Shown here piece after piece: positions 27,637 through 37,567 of a DNA stretch of 64,000 bases. A program made the translations under genes and the position numbers. Below the pieces are notes generated by a model. It saw nothing but the letters and a program-made list of their open reading frames with translations, was not told where the DNA came from and searched no databases. Every line of letters begins with the position of its first letter. Positions within the stretch are counted from its first letter, which is position 1. The DNA lies in NCBI GenBank assembly GCA_027317865.1, contig DAHVQG010000007.1, positions 58,887 through 122,886 of the forward strand, in the 5' to 3' direction. Source of the DNA: Bdellovibrionales bacterium. GTDB taxonomy: Bacteria > Bdellovibrionota > Bdellovibrionia > Bdellovibrionales > UBA1609.

Positions 27637-30495
27637 ATGACCAAACAAATTGAATTTAATCCTACTCCAGAGCAAAAAGCGGCAATTGACCACTTTGAGG
27701 GTCCTGCTGTCGTATTTGCTGGACCGGGTTCGGGTAAAACTGAAGTTATTGTTAGACGTGTAGTGGCGCTGGTTACCACACGAGGCGTCAAGGCCGATCA
27801 GATATTTTTGACGACATTTACAAACAAAGCGGCTGATGAGCTTCGAGTTCGGTTGGCGCAAGTTTTACGTGAAACATTGCCCGAGGCCGAAGCCGACAGA
27901 ATTGCGTCGAAAGTCAACGTCGGGACCATACATTCAATGTGTTACCGAGTGTTGCGCGAATTTGGATTCAAATACGAGGCCACAGCAAAACCAGTTATGC
28001 CCGCCACAGAAGATGATCAAATTTTATTTCTGAATCGCTTTTACAATGAGTTTGGACTTAAAAAATTTTACGAGGACACCAAAGAATTTTGGAAGAACGA
28101 GGGATTCAAAGACCCTTTCAGTAATTTTATTACCGGGTTAACTACAGCTTTAAATACGATTTCTGAAGAGTGCGACGACCCGGAAACAGTTCTACCGCAA
28201 CTCGTGTCCGCTTCAAAAGACGAAGTGATGCGCGGTTGTTTTGAAGTTTACCTCAAATACCGCGCAAAGATGAAGAGTCTCAATCGCGTTGACCAAAGTA
28301 TGGTTTTAAATCACGTCGGGGCAATATTGCGTGAACACTCGGAGACTGCGAGGCACGTGCGTGAGACTTGGCCTTTCATTCTTGTGGATGAATACCAAGA
28401 TACAAGTCCGTTGCAAGATAAGATATTCGGTCTAATCTACTGTCCTGGGTCCAACATTATGGCCGTCGGTGACGACGATCAATCCATTTATCGATTCCGA
28501 AACGCGGAGCCAAAATTATTTTTGACATTCACAGAACGATTTGGGGTGAGAGCAGACCACCGATATGTCCTTGCCGAGAATAGGCGAGCTACCCCAAGTC
28601 TCGTCGATTTTTCGAAAAAATTCATTGAAAAAAACAAAAACAGAAAATCGAAAGATTTGCGCGCAGCTAAAGATAATCCATCGGGCAATTCTCCAATTTA
28701 TTTTCAGTCTAACGATAAGGGGCAGGCAGGTCTGGCTGTCAGTTGGATAAAGGAACTTAGGTCTTCTGGCAAAATCCCAAATTTTCGAAATGCCGCGATA
28801 ATTACATTTTCAGTAGGTCATTTTGCATACGACGTGCAGTCTCATTGCCACTCGCTGGGAATTCCATACCGTATCGAATCGGATAAAGCGTTTTTGAAAC
28901 ATCCAACGCTCAAAGGTTTTATTGATTTATTGGACGCCGCTCAATCAACCGAGCCACCGACGCCGGGCAAGTTGAATTCAAGAAGCAAGCTTAGAAAAGC
29001 TTATGATGCCTTCGGAAAAACTGGATGTTCTAAGGATGAAATTGTTCGTGATCTTTCATACTGGCAACATCGGCTTGCTCATGCAGAAAGAAGCGATAAT
29101 CTTTTAAAACTCTTTTACGCGTTCATTGATCGATATAAATTAATCGGTCGCGAAACGGTATCCGAAACCATGAAAGCACTCGGACAGTTTAGCGTCTTGG
29201 TTGCAAAATTCGAAGAGGGGCGCCGATCAACGGCGTTTCAGCCACCGACCACTATGCTGGATGGAGCCGATGCAGTTGAAGAGCCGTTATCACCATCAGA
29301 TCAAAAGGCTCTTGAAAATGTAAAAGAAACTTTTCCGCCGGATTGGCTCAGTCGTCGTGCGAACAGATTTATTCGTTACCTTAGTATGCTGAATCTTTCC
29401 AATGAGCCAGAGGAGCTTGAAGATTATTTGCTCGTAACTACTATTCATAAAGCCAAGGGGTTAGAATTTGATGCCGTCGCTATACTGGGTGTTGATTCTT
29501 GGTGCTTTCCGGGCGATCCTTCTCCGGGCCTTCGCGACAAAGTACGGTTCGAACTTAATGGTCACTCTTACAAGAACTCTGATGTAATTGAAGAAAAGCG
29601 TCGACTTTTATACGTCGCGATGACGCGAGCGCGGCGATCACTTCTGCTTACGGCAGGCGAGAAACAAACGTCTCCATTCATAGCCGAGGCGGATTTAGAA
29701 TCACTTGGTTCAGAACAAATTTTAGAAAATCTACCACATATTTATGCGCCAAAGCAAAAGCGAGAGCTAGAAATACTAAGACTAAGTCACGGTCAGGTAA
29801 CAAGCTACCTTGAGTGCCCAAAGCGGTACTTGCTTGAACATCATTATGACTTTCAAGGTCTCGCAACGCCGGCATTGCGCTTAGGTCATGCTTTGCACCG
29901 GGCAATTGAAAATGCGCACCGGTGGCAAATGGAACAGAATCAACCATTAGATGAAACACTTCTGAAGACCATCTTCGCTCAAACTTGGCCGCTGCCAAAG
30001 AAAACGAAAGACGACTTTCTTCAGTATTCAGATTATGAAAAAACTTTTTTAAACTACTTTACGCATAACAACAAGCTGCAAAGGCAGGTTGTAACAGTAG
30101 AGAGCGATCTTGCCGTTGTCAGGTCATCAAATATTCTGACGGGCAAAATAGATGTGCTTCAATCGCAGAAAGAGAAACCAATTATTGTTGAAATTAAGCT
30201 TAATTATAACCGACAGAATCTTGAACATGCAAAACAACAACTCAATCATTATGCCTTAGCCTTTCCGGACCAAGAAGTTGATTTGAAAGCTCAATTTCTT
30301 CGGGGGCGAAAGTTTGAAGAAGAAATTGAACGCCGGGATAAAAACGAAGTCAAAGAACAGGTGGCCGAGGTATTTGGGCGAGTGCGGGAACAAAACTTTA
30401 AACCAAATCCAAAAAAAGATAAGTGTTCAAACTGTCGGATGAACAAAATATGTTGCGAGGGCCGTGAGTTGTTGCGGCCGGCAAGGGCTGCTTAG
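27637..30495 (+). CDS. UvrD/SF1A helicase fused to a PD-(D/E)XK nuclease with four-Cys Fe-S ligands
   Basis: AGPGSGKT, TFTNKAA, TIHS, VDEYQD, VGDDDQSIY, TIHKAKGLEF, YVAMTRAR; C-terminal ECPKRY, GKID, EIK, QLNHY, CSNCRMNKIC. Confidence 0.92.
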   Translation: MTKQIEFNPTPEQKAAIDHFEGPAVVFAGPGSGKTEVIVRRVVALVTTRGVKADQIFLTTFTNKAADELRVRLAQVLRETLPEAEADRIASKVNVGTIHSMCYRVLREFGFKYEATAKPVMPATEDDQILFLNRFYNEFGLKKFYEDTKEFWKNEGFKDPFSNFITGLTTALNTISEECDDPETVLPQLVSASKDEVMRGCFEVYLKYRAKMKSLNRVDQSMVLNHVGAILREHSETARHVRETWPFILVDEYQDTSPLQDKIFGLIYCPGSNIMAVGDDDQSIYRFRNAEPKLFLTFTERFGVRADHRYVLAENRRATPSLVDFSKKFIEKNKNRKSKDLRAAKDNPSGNSPIYFQSNDKGQAGLAVSWIKELRSSGKIPNFRNAAIITFSVGHFAYDVQSHCHSLGIPYRIESDKAFLKHPTLKGFIDLLDAAQSTEPPTPGKLNSRSKLRKAYDAFGKTGCSKDEIVRDLSYWQHRLAHAERSDNLLKLFYAFIDRYKLIGRETVSETMKALGQFSVLVAKFEEGRRSTAFQPPTTMLDGADAVEEPLSPSDQKALENVKETFPPDWLSRRANRFIRYLSMLNLSNEPEELEDYLLVTTIHKAKGLEFDAVAILGVDSWCFPGDPSPGLRDKVRFELNGHSYKNSDVIEEKRRLLYVAMTRARRSLLLTAGEKQTSPFIAEADLESLGSEQILENLPHIYAPKQKRELEILRLSHGQVTSYLECPKRYLLEHHYDFQGLATPALRLGHALHRAIENAHRWQMEQNQPLDETLLKTIFAQTWPLPKKTKDDFLQYSDYEKTFLNYFTHNNKLQRQVVTVESDLAVVRSSNILTGKIDVLQSQKEKPIIVEIKLNYNRQNLEHAKQQLNHYALAFPDQEVDLKAQFLRGRKFEEEIERRDKNEVKEQVAEVFGRVREQNFKPNPKKDKCSNCRMNKICCEGRELLRPARAA

Positions 30496-30521
30496 ATCAA
30501 TTCGCACAAAGAGGGTTCCAA

Positions 30522-31520
30522 GTGGCTTTCAGACAGATTGATGAACCGCTACGAGACGACGAAAAATCCCGCTTTGTAAGACTAGATGGGATCACTCCAC
30601 AACGAGCCCCCAAGGACGAGCTTAAAGGATTAGATTTTGACACAATGTTATTCGTTGGTTCTGGAGCAATTGACGGCGGATGGCAACCAATCAGGCAACT
30701 TTGTACCGAAATAATTGACGGTAGATTTCTGGGGCTCGTCGATTATGGGACTAATAATTGCTACTTCTAAAATGAACCTTATGACCACTTTCTAACCTCG
30801 ATTGCGTTCATGGAAACTTCGCTCAGGTCACGCTTCGCGCGCGCACTTCGAGAATCTAATTTTTCTGAAAGTCAGTCGTTTAAGATGTATTCAAATGCTG
30901 TGTCTACAAGAGAGAAAATGGCTGAAATTTTTAGAGCCGAGAAATCACTCCAATTGCGCAGTCTGGACCAACTTGAGCACGGGATCGATCTAGATCGGAC
31001 TATTGTTGTTACATCGAATTGGGACGACTGCGTTTGGTCCGATAAAAGATTTAAGCACTTAATCTACTTACATGGCCACTGCAAAATAAAAAACTCAATT
31101 GTTTTGCCTACTCAGTTTGTAACAGATGAATACCCATTGAAATATTGGATTGACCTACAATATAAAAATAGCAGCTACGAAGCGCGAGTTGCTTTGGGCA
31201 ACGTGAAATTGATTTCGGGCTGGCTTAAGGTTATACCGGATCTTCCTAGGGGCGATGAGCAAGATGTTCAACTTGAACTGAGTTACGCACACGATCTACT
31301 TCGCGAGGTGATCTCGTGCGGAAAACTAAAGCGTATGTTAATTTGGGGTTACGGTTTTAATTTGTATGATGCCGAAGTTAATCTTTTACTGACACTTGCG
31401 AGTCAAATGTACAATCCGAAAATAGAAATTATAAATCCAGATCCCACGGTCTTGCTGAAGGCGGCGCAGGTGTTAGCAGTTCCAATAAACAACATCGGTT
31501 ATCATCACCCATCAAAATAA
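30522..31520 (+). pseudogene. SIR2-like domain protein interrupted by one in-frame TAA (30768-30770)
   Basis: ORFs 30522..30770 and 30810..31520 share a frame; motifs FVGSGA, VTSNWDD, YLHG, WGYGF..YD. Confidence 0.72.
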
Positions 31521-31565
31521 AATGCCGAAGAGTATGGTTGGTGCGACGATTGATCAGAATGACGC

Positions 31566-31793
31566 TTATTCCGCCTCTAAATCCACCAGATTTTTGAGCG
31601 GAACTCCAATTGTATTAGCAATTCGCGCTAACGTATAAATTTCTGGACTGGTGAGGCCATTTTCAATTTTACTCATTGTTCCACGTGAAAATTCACCTTC
31701 GAGATAGACCCTGTCCTGACTATACCCTTGTTGCTTGCGAATTTTAGCGATATGAGCGCCGAGTTTTTTTAGAAATTGTTTCTTTTTCACCAT
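31566..31793 (-). CDS. XRE/Cro-C1 HTH regulator (controller-protein-like)
   Basis: LGAHIAKIRKQQGYSQ...MSKIENG...IANTIGV. Confidence 0.88.
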   Translation of the reverse strand: MVKKKQFLKKLGAHIAKIRKQQGYSQDRVYLEGEFSRGTMSKIENGLTSPEIYTLARIANTIGVPLKNLVDLEAE

Positions 31794-31826
31794 GTAACAA
31801 TCGTGCCGGATAATAAATTGCCATCT

Positions 31827-31840
31827 CTTCCTATAGGAAG
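31827..31840. promoter_or_regulatory. Perfect 14-bp palindrome, probable operator for the XRE regulator
   Basis: CTTCCTATAGGAAG, 33 bp upstream of the HTH gene start. Confidence 0.55.
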
Positions 31841-32071
31841 GTATTGTTTAAGCATTCATTGATTTTGCACAAGAATGGTAATTTGAAAGGTGGTCATCTA
31901 TTAGAGACTTATTTGTACCATCCGGCCTGAATAAACGGGCCTTGATCAGTTAAGACAATCTACGTTAAGCGGATGATCACCGGGGTCGCGGACTCGAAAA
32001 AAGCATGCAACATTCCCATGGGTTTGTGACCGAAATATGTAAGTTCAAATTAATTAGACCGAGGGAGGAGA

Positions 32072-33283
32072 ATGCCAAAAACACTAAAGCAAAAAATAAA
32101 AGCGCTAAAACTAAAGGACACAAAAATATTAAGCGACGTCGAACACGCCGAGTTCATAAAAGACGTAAGAACTTCGGTAAGCCAAAGCGAGCCGCCGGAT
32201 GATTCCTTTTGGAGTAATGATGATTGGAATGTCGACGTTGAGGTTGGATTTCCTAAACGAATTATAACACTCGACATTGAAACTTTCGGGCGCATTGATC
32301 CTCGAACAGATGCTATGCCAAAGGTGGGAGTCATTGGTATAAAAGCATTTGAATTCGTGAATTCACGCAAGGGGTATATTGCTAAGGACTATCTATGCTA
32401 TAACGATCAGGAAATCGGACATGCAGAAAAAGTCCTTAAGCGCACGAAATGTCCGATCCTGGGTTATAACCTTTTTAACTTTGACTACCGAGTCTTAAAC
32501 TCTTTTTTCAGTGTAAGCGATTTAATTCCGAGAACTGTTGATTTGCTTTGGTATTTTGCATCGCGGGCGAAGAGTTGTCGGCGGGCTTTACAAGGCTATT
32601 CGTTAAATGCCATGTCGCAATTAAATTTGAAAAAAAGGAAATTGACGAGTTCCGAAACCGTTCCTGAACTGTTGGCCCAGGGTAAGATCGGCCTAGTCAA
32701 GAAGCACAACGAACGTGATCTTGATCTCACGTTCTTGCTTTGGCACAAATACTTGGCCAGGAATTGGCTGATAATTTGCCCTCCGTTAATTTCGTATGAT
32801 CGTTTGCCGTTATTAGAATCAGATGTCCCATTTCTTGTTGGTCAGCAACCGATGTTAACGGCGGAGCAATGGCCCGCATTTGTAAAAGCTCGCGCCACCG
32901 GAAATTTTTTTAAGAGCCGAAGCGATCGCGACAAGGGGGGCATAATTCTTGTTTGTGACCCGGAATTCGAAATGACGGGCGTGCATCGCGAATTCGGTGA
33001 AATCGGTAACATTGAATACAAAATGTACTACCTGTTCTGTGCGGTATGCGGTTGGAATGTCACTTTGCTGTCTTTAGCTGATCGTCGAGATTACCTACGG
33101 TCGAAAGTCTACCTTCCGTGTCCTCTATGCCATCCAGAGCTTAAATCAGTGTATGAAGAGGCGGGTTTAACGGTGGGACGCAGATACTCCAAAGGGCTGA
33201 AATGTCCAATTAGGGGAGGCGCGGCCGACAAAAAATATTTAATGCACTTAGTTCGAAGAAGCCTGCGTGAATTGACCACGTAA
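32072..33283 (+). CDS. DEDD/RNase H-like 3'-5' exonuclease with C-terminal Zn finger
   Basis: TLDIET (Exo I), GYNLFNFD (Exo II), YSLN, HNERD (Exo III); CAVC...CPLC. Confidence 0.78.
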   Translation: MPKTLKQKIKALKLKDTKILSDVEHAEFIKDVRTSVSQSEPPDDSFWSNDDWNVDVEVGFPKRIITLDIETFGRIDPRTDAMPKVGVIGIKAFEFVNSRKGYIAKDYLCYNDQEIGHAEKVLKRTKCPILGYNLFNFDYRVLNSFFSVSDLIPRTVDLLWYFASRAKSCRRALQGYSLNAMSQLNLKKRKLTSSETVPELLAQGKIGLVKKHNERDLDLTFLLWHKYLARNWLIICPPLISYDRLPLLESDVPFLVGQQPMLTAEQWPAFVKARATGNFFKSRSDRDKGGIILVCDPEFEMTGVHREFGEIGNIEYKMYYLFCAVCGWNVTLLSLADRRDYLRSKVYLPCPLCHPELKSVYEEAGLTVGRRYSKGLKCPIRGGAADKKYLMHLVRRSLRELTT

Positions 33284-33442
33284 TGGCATCAATTTTGTTG
33301 CATTTCCTTTCAATAACATTGGTTGTTCAATTTTTTTTTAAATTCATTCCTGGCGTTGAAGCAACGGCCTAAAATGCATCGAGATGAGTGGACCAAAGTC
33401 GTAATCGATCCAGATTCATATTTATTTTGACGATGATAATGT

Positions 33443-34390
33443 GTGGAACCGAACTACTTCATTTCAAATATTAAGCGTCTTGGAATTACTGAAGATGAGG
33501 CAAGATTTTTTGGCGATCTAAGGTTATTTTTGCAAAATGATTCAAAATTTATTTTGAGCGAAACGTTTGGGCTGTGTTCTAGAGCTCGTCAATGCATTGA
33601 GGGCTACCAGACCCATTGTGACCGAAGCCCACTGTTTGCTTTCGATCCGGATTTATTCGGCTATGGTCAAAAAATGTTTTCTGAGGTTGTTCCAAAAAAA
33701 ATGGGTCGAAAAAGAAAGCGGGACACAGAGCGCAGAGTCCCCCTAAAACACCGATACCCACTTATAGATGATGAATATGATTTTGTAGGGTTGTACTCTA
33801 TTCCGAGTCCTACTAATTTCGGAAGCATTGACCTTTCACAATTTGACCTAGAAACGAAGCTCTTTCCCGATCTCATGCCGTACTGTTTCGATGTTTACGA
33901 GCCACTATTTGAAAGCACTATTGCAATTTACAGAAAAAAGATACGTCTAGCCTCGGTAGTTTATTTTGGAAAAAATTTGGTAACGTTATGGCAAAGAGCT
34001 CAGGAAGGCGACATCGGGGCTGCCGCAGCTATTGCTCGGATTGAACGTCATGTTTTTAAATTTAATGACCTACCAGGCTCTCGCGTTTTCGCAAAATTGG
34101 CGAAAAAACCTATGCGGCCAGGAATGGCAAATAAATGGCAAATAAAGATTGATCAAGCACCGAGGCTTGGCGGAGCCTGGAAGCGGATATTGGTGATTGC
34201 CTATTGTTGGAATTCGCGATTCATTCACCTGAAGTTGAATGAGCTATTGGCAGTGCTTGTTGGCCTAGACGTTGCGGATAAGAATCTCAATTGCGATACT
34301 TTAAAGAGATTTCTATATAGGTATGGATTCAAAAAGTCGCCCCACCGCATCCCGCCAAGAGGGAAAAAGCGAGCAATCACGAGTAGTTAA
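33443..34390 (+). CDS. Hypothetical protein
   Basis: 315-aa ORF co-oriented with the replication module; basic C-terminus; no recognised motif. Confidence 0.6.
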   Translation: MEPNYFISNIKRLGITEDEARFFGDLRLFLQNDSKFILSETFGLCSRARQCIEGYQTHCDRSPLFAFDPDLFGYGQKMFSEVVPKKMGRKRKRDTERRVPLKHRYPLIDDEYDFVGLYSIPSPTNFGSIDLSQFDLETKLFPDLMPYCFDVYEPLFESTIAIYRKKIRLASVVYFGKNLVTLWQRAQEGDIGAAAAIARIERHVFKFNDLPGSRVFAKLAKKPMRPGMANKWQIKIDQAPRLGGAWKRILVIAYCWNSRFIHLKLNELLAVLVGLDVADKNLNCDTLKRFLYRYGFKKSPHRIPPRGKKRAITSS

Positions 34391-34447
34391 ATAAAATCCA
34401 ATTTGTCATCCTTATTTCTTATCAAAATTCTGCCATGGTTCTGCTTT

Positions 34448-36155
34448 ATGAATTCAAAAGACGCACAACTAATCGCAGTGGATTTTGAAACCGATGACGT
34501 TCAGTTTTTCAACAAGAAGAATCGCAAGGAGCTAAGCTGGTCAGGACACCCGCGATTGGCCCAGGCAATGATTGTCAGTAATCGAGATGAAACGGCCTGC
34601 AACGCTACAGAAAATATAAAGGACCTTTCTGTGCCAGACGGTTCTGTGATTTTGTTTCATAACGCTGCGTTTGACATTCAGGTTGGAATAAATTCGGGAG
34701 TGTGGTGTGAACACAGTTTCAAAGTTTGATTTTCATTGTACGGCGACAATGGCGAAACTTTCTCATAATTTGCGGAGTGCCCGATTGAAGGATTTGGCGC
34801 TAGACCTGCTAGGTGAACAAAAAATCGTTCGCTACGAAGAAGCGAAAACGGGCTCGGCTGAAGGTTTTTTGAACTATGCAAAAAAGGATGCAGATTATAC
34901 CTTTCGCCTTTTTCCGGTTCTGAAGCGAGAACTCGATGACAAAAATCTTTGGGAACTGTACGAATTTGTCGAAAAACCATTTTTGCTTATCAATTTGGAG
35001 TGCCAGAGAAACGGTATTCGTTACGATGTTGATGCAGCCCGCGATGAAATTTCATCTCTTGACGAGAAGATTGCGCTTACAAAGTTAAAGCTCAACGACC
35101 CGAAAATGAACTGGAACTCACATAAGCAACTTCAAAGAAAACTCTATGGGGAGCGCGGCATTCCACTTGCGTACCATAAGGGCAAGGTATCTACCGGTAA
35201 ACGGGCGTTACAATCTCGGGCGCAAGATTCACTGGTACGAGCCGTGTTAGAGCTAAAAGAATGCGAAGCATTGAAGCGACAAATCTTAACCATTAAAAAA
35301 TTTGTCGACCCAAATACCGGAAGAATTCACGGATATATAAATCCGCTTGGGGCTGATACGGGCCGAGTAACTTCGTCTTCCCCGAATCTTCAGAATATTA
35401 AAAAGGACTCAGTTTTGAGAAAAATGTTCGTAGCGAGCAAAGGCTATAGCTTGATAGCACTTGATTTCAGCCAGATTGAGCCCAGGGTGCTCGCTCACTT
35501 TTTAGGAAAACAAACACCATTTGCACGGCTATTCGACGTTGACGAAGATTTTTATGGCTTGCTCGCTTCTGAACTAAAACTCGAAATTCACAAACAAAGT
35601 GATGCTCGCGCCGTAGTTAAGCAAATTGTCTTGGCAACACTTTATGGTATGGGTCCAAAAACTTTAAGTGAAAATCTTAAAGTCACTCAACTAAATGCGT
35701 CCGAGATTCTGAACTTATTTTTCTCGAAGTTTCCAGAGATTGTTGAATTCAAAAATCAAATGATCGCAGAGGCTCGTGAAAAAGAATATGTAATTGGGCT
35801 TTTGAACCGTAGGCGCTACATTAAGAGTTTAAACGACGTCGATAACAAGTTGAAATTTCGAGCCGAACGGCAAGTGTTGAATTCAATAGTACAAGGTTCT
35901 GCAGCTACTATTTTTAAATTCAAAGGATGCGAACTTCGACGGCAACTGCCATCGACCGTTCGATTTCTTCATCATGTCCACGACGAGTATATTTTAGAGG
36001 CACCAGAACAAGACGCGTCTGTTATGTATCGACTAGCAAAGCAAATTTTAGAAAGACCGCTACCATGGTTCTCAATTCCGTTGAAAGTCGATGGCGGAAT
36101 AGGTCGATCATGGTTGGATGCAAAAAACGCAAACAAAAAGAAAGGGGGTGAATAA
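34448..36155 (+). pseudogene. Family A DNA polymerase (3'-5' exo plus pol, no 5'-3' exo) split by a +1 frameshift within 34692-34729
   Basis: Upstream frame AVDFET, FHNAAFD; downstream frame YAKKDA, TGRVTSSSPNLQNI, motif A DFSQIE, motif B R..K...L...YG, motif C VHDE. Confidence 0.85.
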
Positions 36156-36156
36156 A

Positions 36157-36438
36157 ATGAATGTATCAGAAGTCAGAGTGTTCCCGGTTCCGGGAAACTC
36201 AAAACTGAAGGCAAAGGCTGATGTGACTTTTCTTTTAGAGAACGGCGCACGCTTAGCCGTAAAAGGTTTTAGAGTTCACGATGATGGAGAAAAGCCACCG
36301 TGGGTTGGAGTACCCACGGAGCGTGTAACTAGAAACGGGAAAACGGAATATTTCAATAATATTTGGATCGATGCGATTGGCCAATCACAAGTCTATCCGA
36401 AAATTATAGAAGAATACAACCGGTTGATAAAAAAATAG
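36157..36438 (+). CDS. SpoVG-like nucleic-acid-binding protein (probable SSB role)
   Basis: MNVSEVRV..LKAKADVTF..VKGFRV..WVGVP..Y..IIEEY matches the SpoVG pattern; AAGGGGG SD. Confidence 0.75.
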   Translation: MNVSEVRVFPVPGNSKLKAKADVTFLLENGARLAVKGFRVHDDGEKPPWVGVPTERVTRNGKTEYFNNIWIDAIGQSQVYPKIIEEYNRLIKK

Positions 36439-36521
36439 CCGAATACTGTTTAAACATTCAGTTTCGGCGCATCCAAGTGGATGTGTTTTCACGGGGGCGC
36501 CGTTAGGCGCCCCCTGAAAAC
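36438..36521. other. Three tandem hairpins; candidate rolling-circle origin
   Basis: GCCGAA..TTCGGC; CATCC..GGATG; GTTTTCA-C-GGGGGCGCC-GTTA-GGCGCCCCC-TGAAAAC immediately upstream of rep. Confidence 0.5.
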
Positions 36522-36595
36522 CAAAATGTTCTCGGTAAAGCTCGGAGGCGAGTTAATGGAGTGGTTTATTCAAAATTTTACGGAAGAGAGGACAA

Positions 36596-37459
36596 ATGAA
36601 AAATTCGGGAATGAATAATCTCAGAGAAGTTCGGAGAATTTATTCGGAGGTAGCACGGAGTAATTCCCTTGATTGTATTAAGCGTAACTCCAACAAGGGC
36701 AACTCGGCGCGAGGGCTAGCTGGGATCGAAGCTCCATGTCGAGCGGCAAAATACATTTTAAAAGGGGTAGCCGACGAGGACGGTCTGTTCCCTCACTATA
36801 AAACTTTTTGCAAGTCGTATAACTGCGAGTTTTGTGGCCCCAGAAAGAGAGCCTTAATTCGACACGCAATTGCCCTTGCTATTGAAAAATACAAATTGAT
36901 TTCCTTTGCGACACTAACGCTTGATCCGAAGACTTGCAAATGTGGGCCAGAGGGTTCGGCTAAATATATTCGGCGAGCATGGAATAAGTTTCGTGTACTT
37001 CAGAAACGTGAATTTAACAGGGGGTTAGAGTTTGTCGCAGTAATTGAGTTTCAGAAAAATGGCTACGCTCATCTTCATATTGTGTTTGATCGGTATATCC
37101 CGCACACATGGTTGAAAGAAAAGTGGGTGAACGTTGGCGGCGGTAAAATCGTAGACGTTAGAAAATGTGATGCGAAAGCATCATACTATCTTGCAAAATA
37201 CTTGGGCAAAGAATTGCTCCCAGAATATGCACAGAAGATTCGACGGTACTCAACGTCAAAAAACATCAACTTAAATCGCTTATTAAAGGAAAACCGTAAA
37301 AACGATGGTTCGATATATGAGTTTGTAAAAATAAGTGAGCAAGACGCGAGAGATATTCTTAAAGAATATATCGAGGCCGATATTCTTGACCCTAAAGATC
37401 ATATTTTAGGCTTCAAAGCGAGCAAATCATTAAATACAGAACACGGGGAGGCAATTTGA
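36596..37459 (+). CDS. HUH rolling-circle replication initiator
   Basis: Motif I FATLT, motif II EFQKNGYAHLH, motif III YLAKY; N-terminal CKSYNCEFC. Confidence 0.88.
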   Translation: MKNSGMNNLREVRRIYSEVARSNSLDCIKRNSNKGNSARGLAGIEAPCRAAKYILKGVADEDGLFPHYKTFCKSYNCEFCGPRKRALIRHAIALAIEKYKLISFATLTLDPKTCKCGPEGSAKYIRRAWNKFRVLQKREFNRGLEFVAVIEFQKNGYAHLHIVFDRYIPHTWLKEKWVNVGGGKIVDVRKCDAKASYYLAKYLGKELLPEYAQKIRRYSTSKNINLNRLLKENRKNDGSIYEFVKISEQDARDILKEYIEADILDPKDHILGFKASKSLNTEHGEAI

Positions 37460-37567
37460 ATAATTTTAATTTGAGAAACAAAACTATTTTAAATTTATCG
37501 AATTTATATGTGTTGTTGCCACAAAATCGAAAAATGAGAACACGTTACGTAAACGTAGAGGTGGATC

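Noticed and set aside
29760..30495. Cas4-like nuclease suggesting a CRISPR-Cas locus
   Set aside because: The domain is fused to UvrD; no cas1/cas2 and no repeat-spacer array were seen by eye
30768..30770. Stop-codon reassignment or selenocysteine readthrough
   Set aside because: The stop is TAA, which neighbouring genes use as a normal terminator
34448..36155. Host polA or pipolin piPolB
   Set aside because: It lacks the 5'-3' exonuclease and sits inside the island; its motifs are family A, not B
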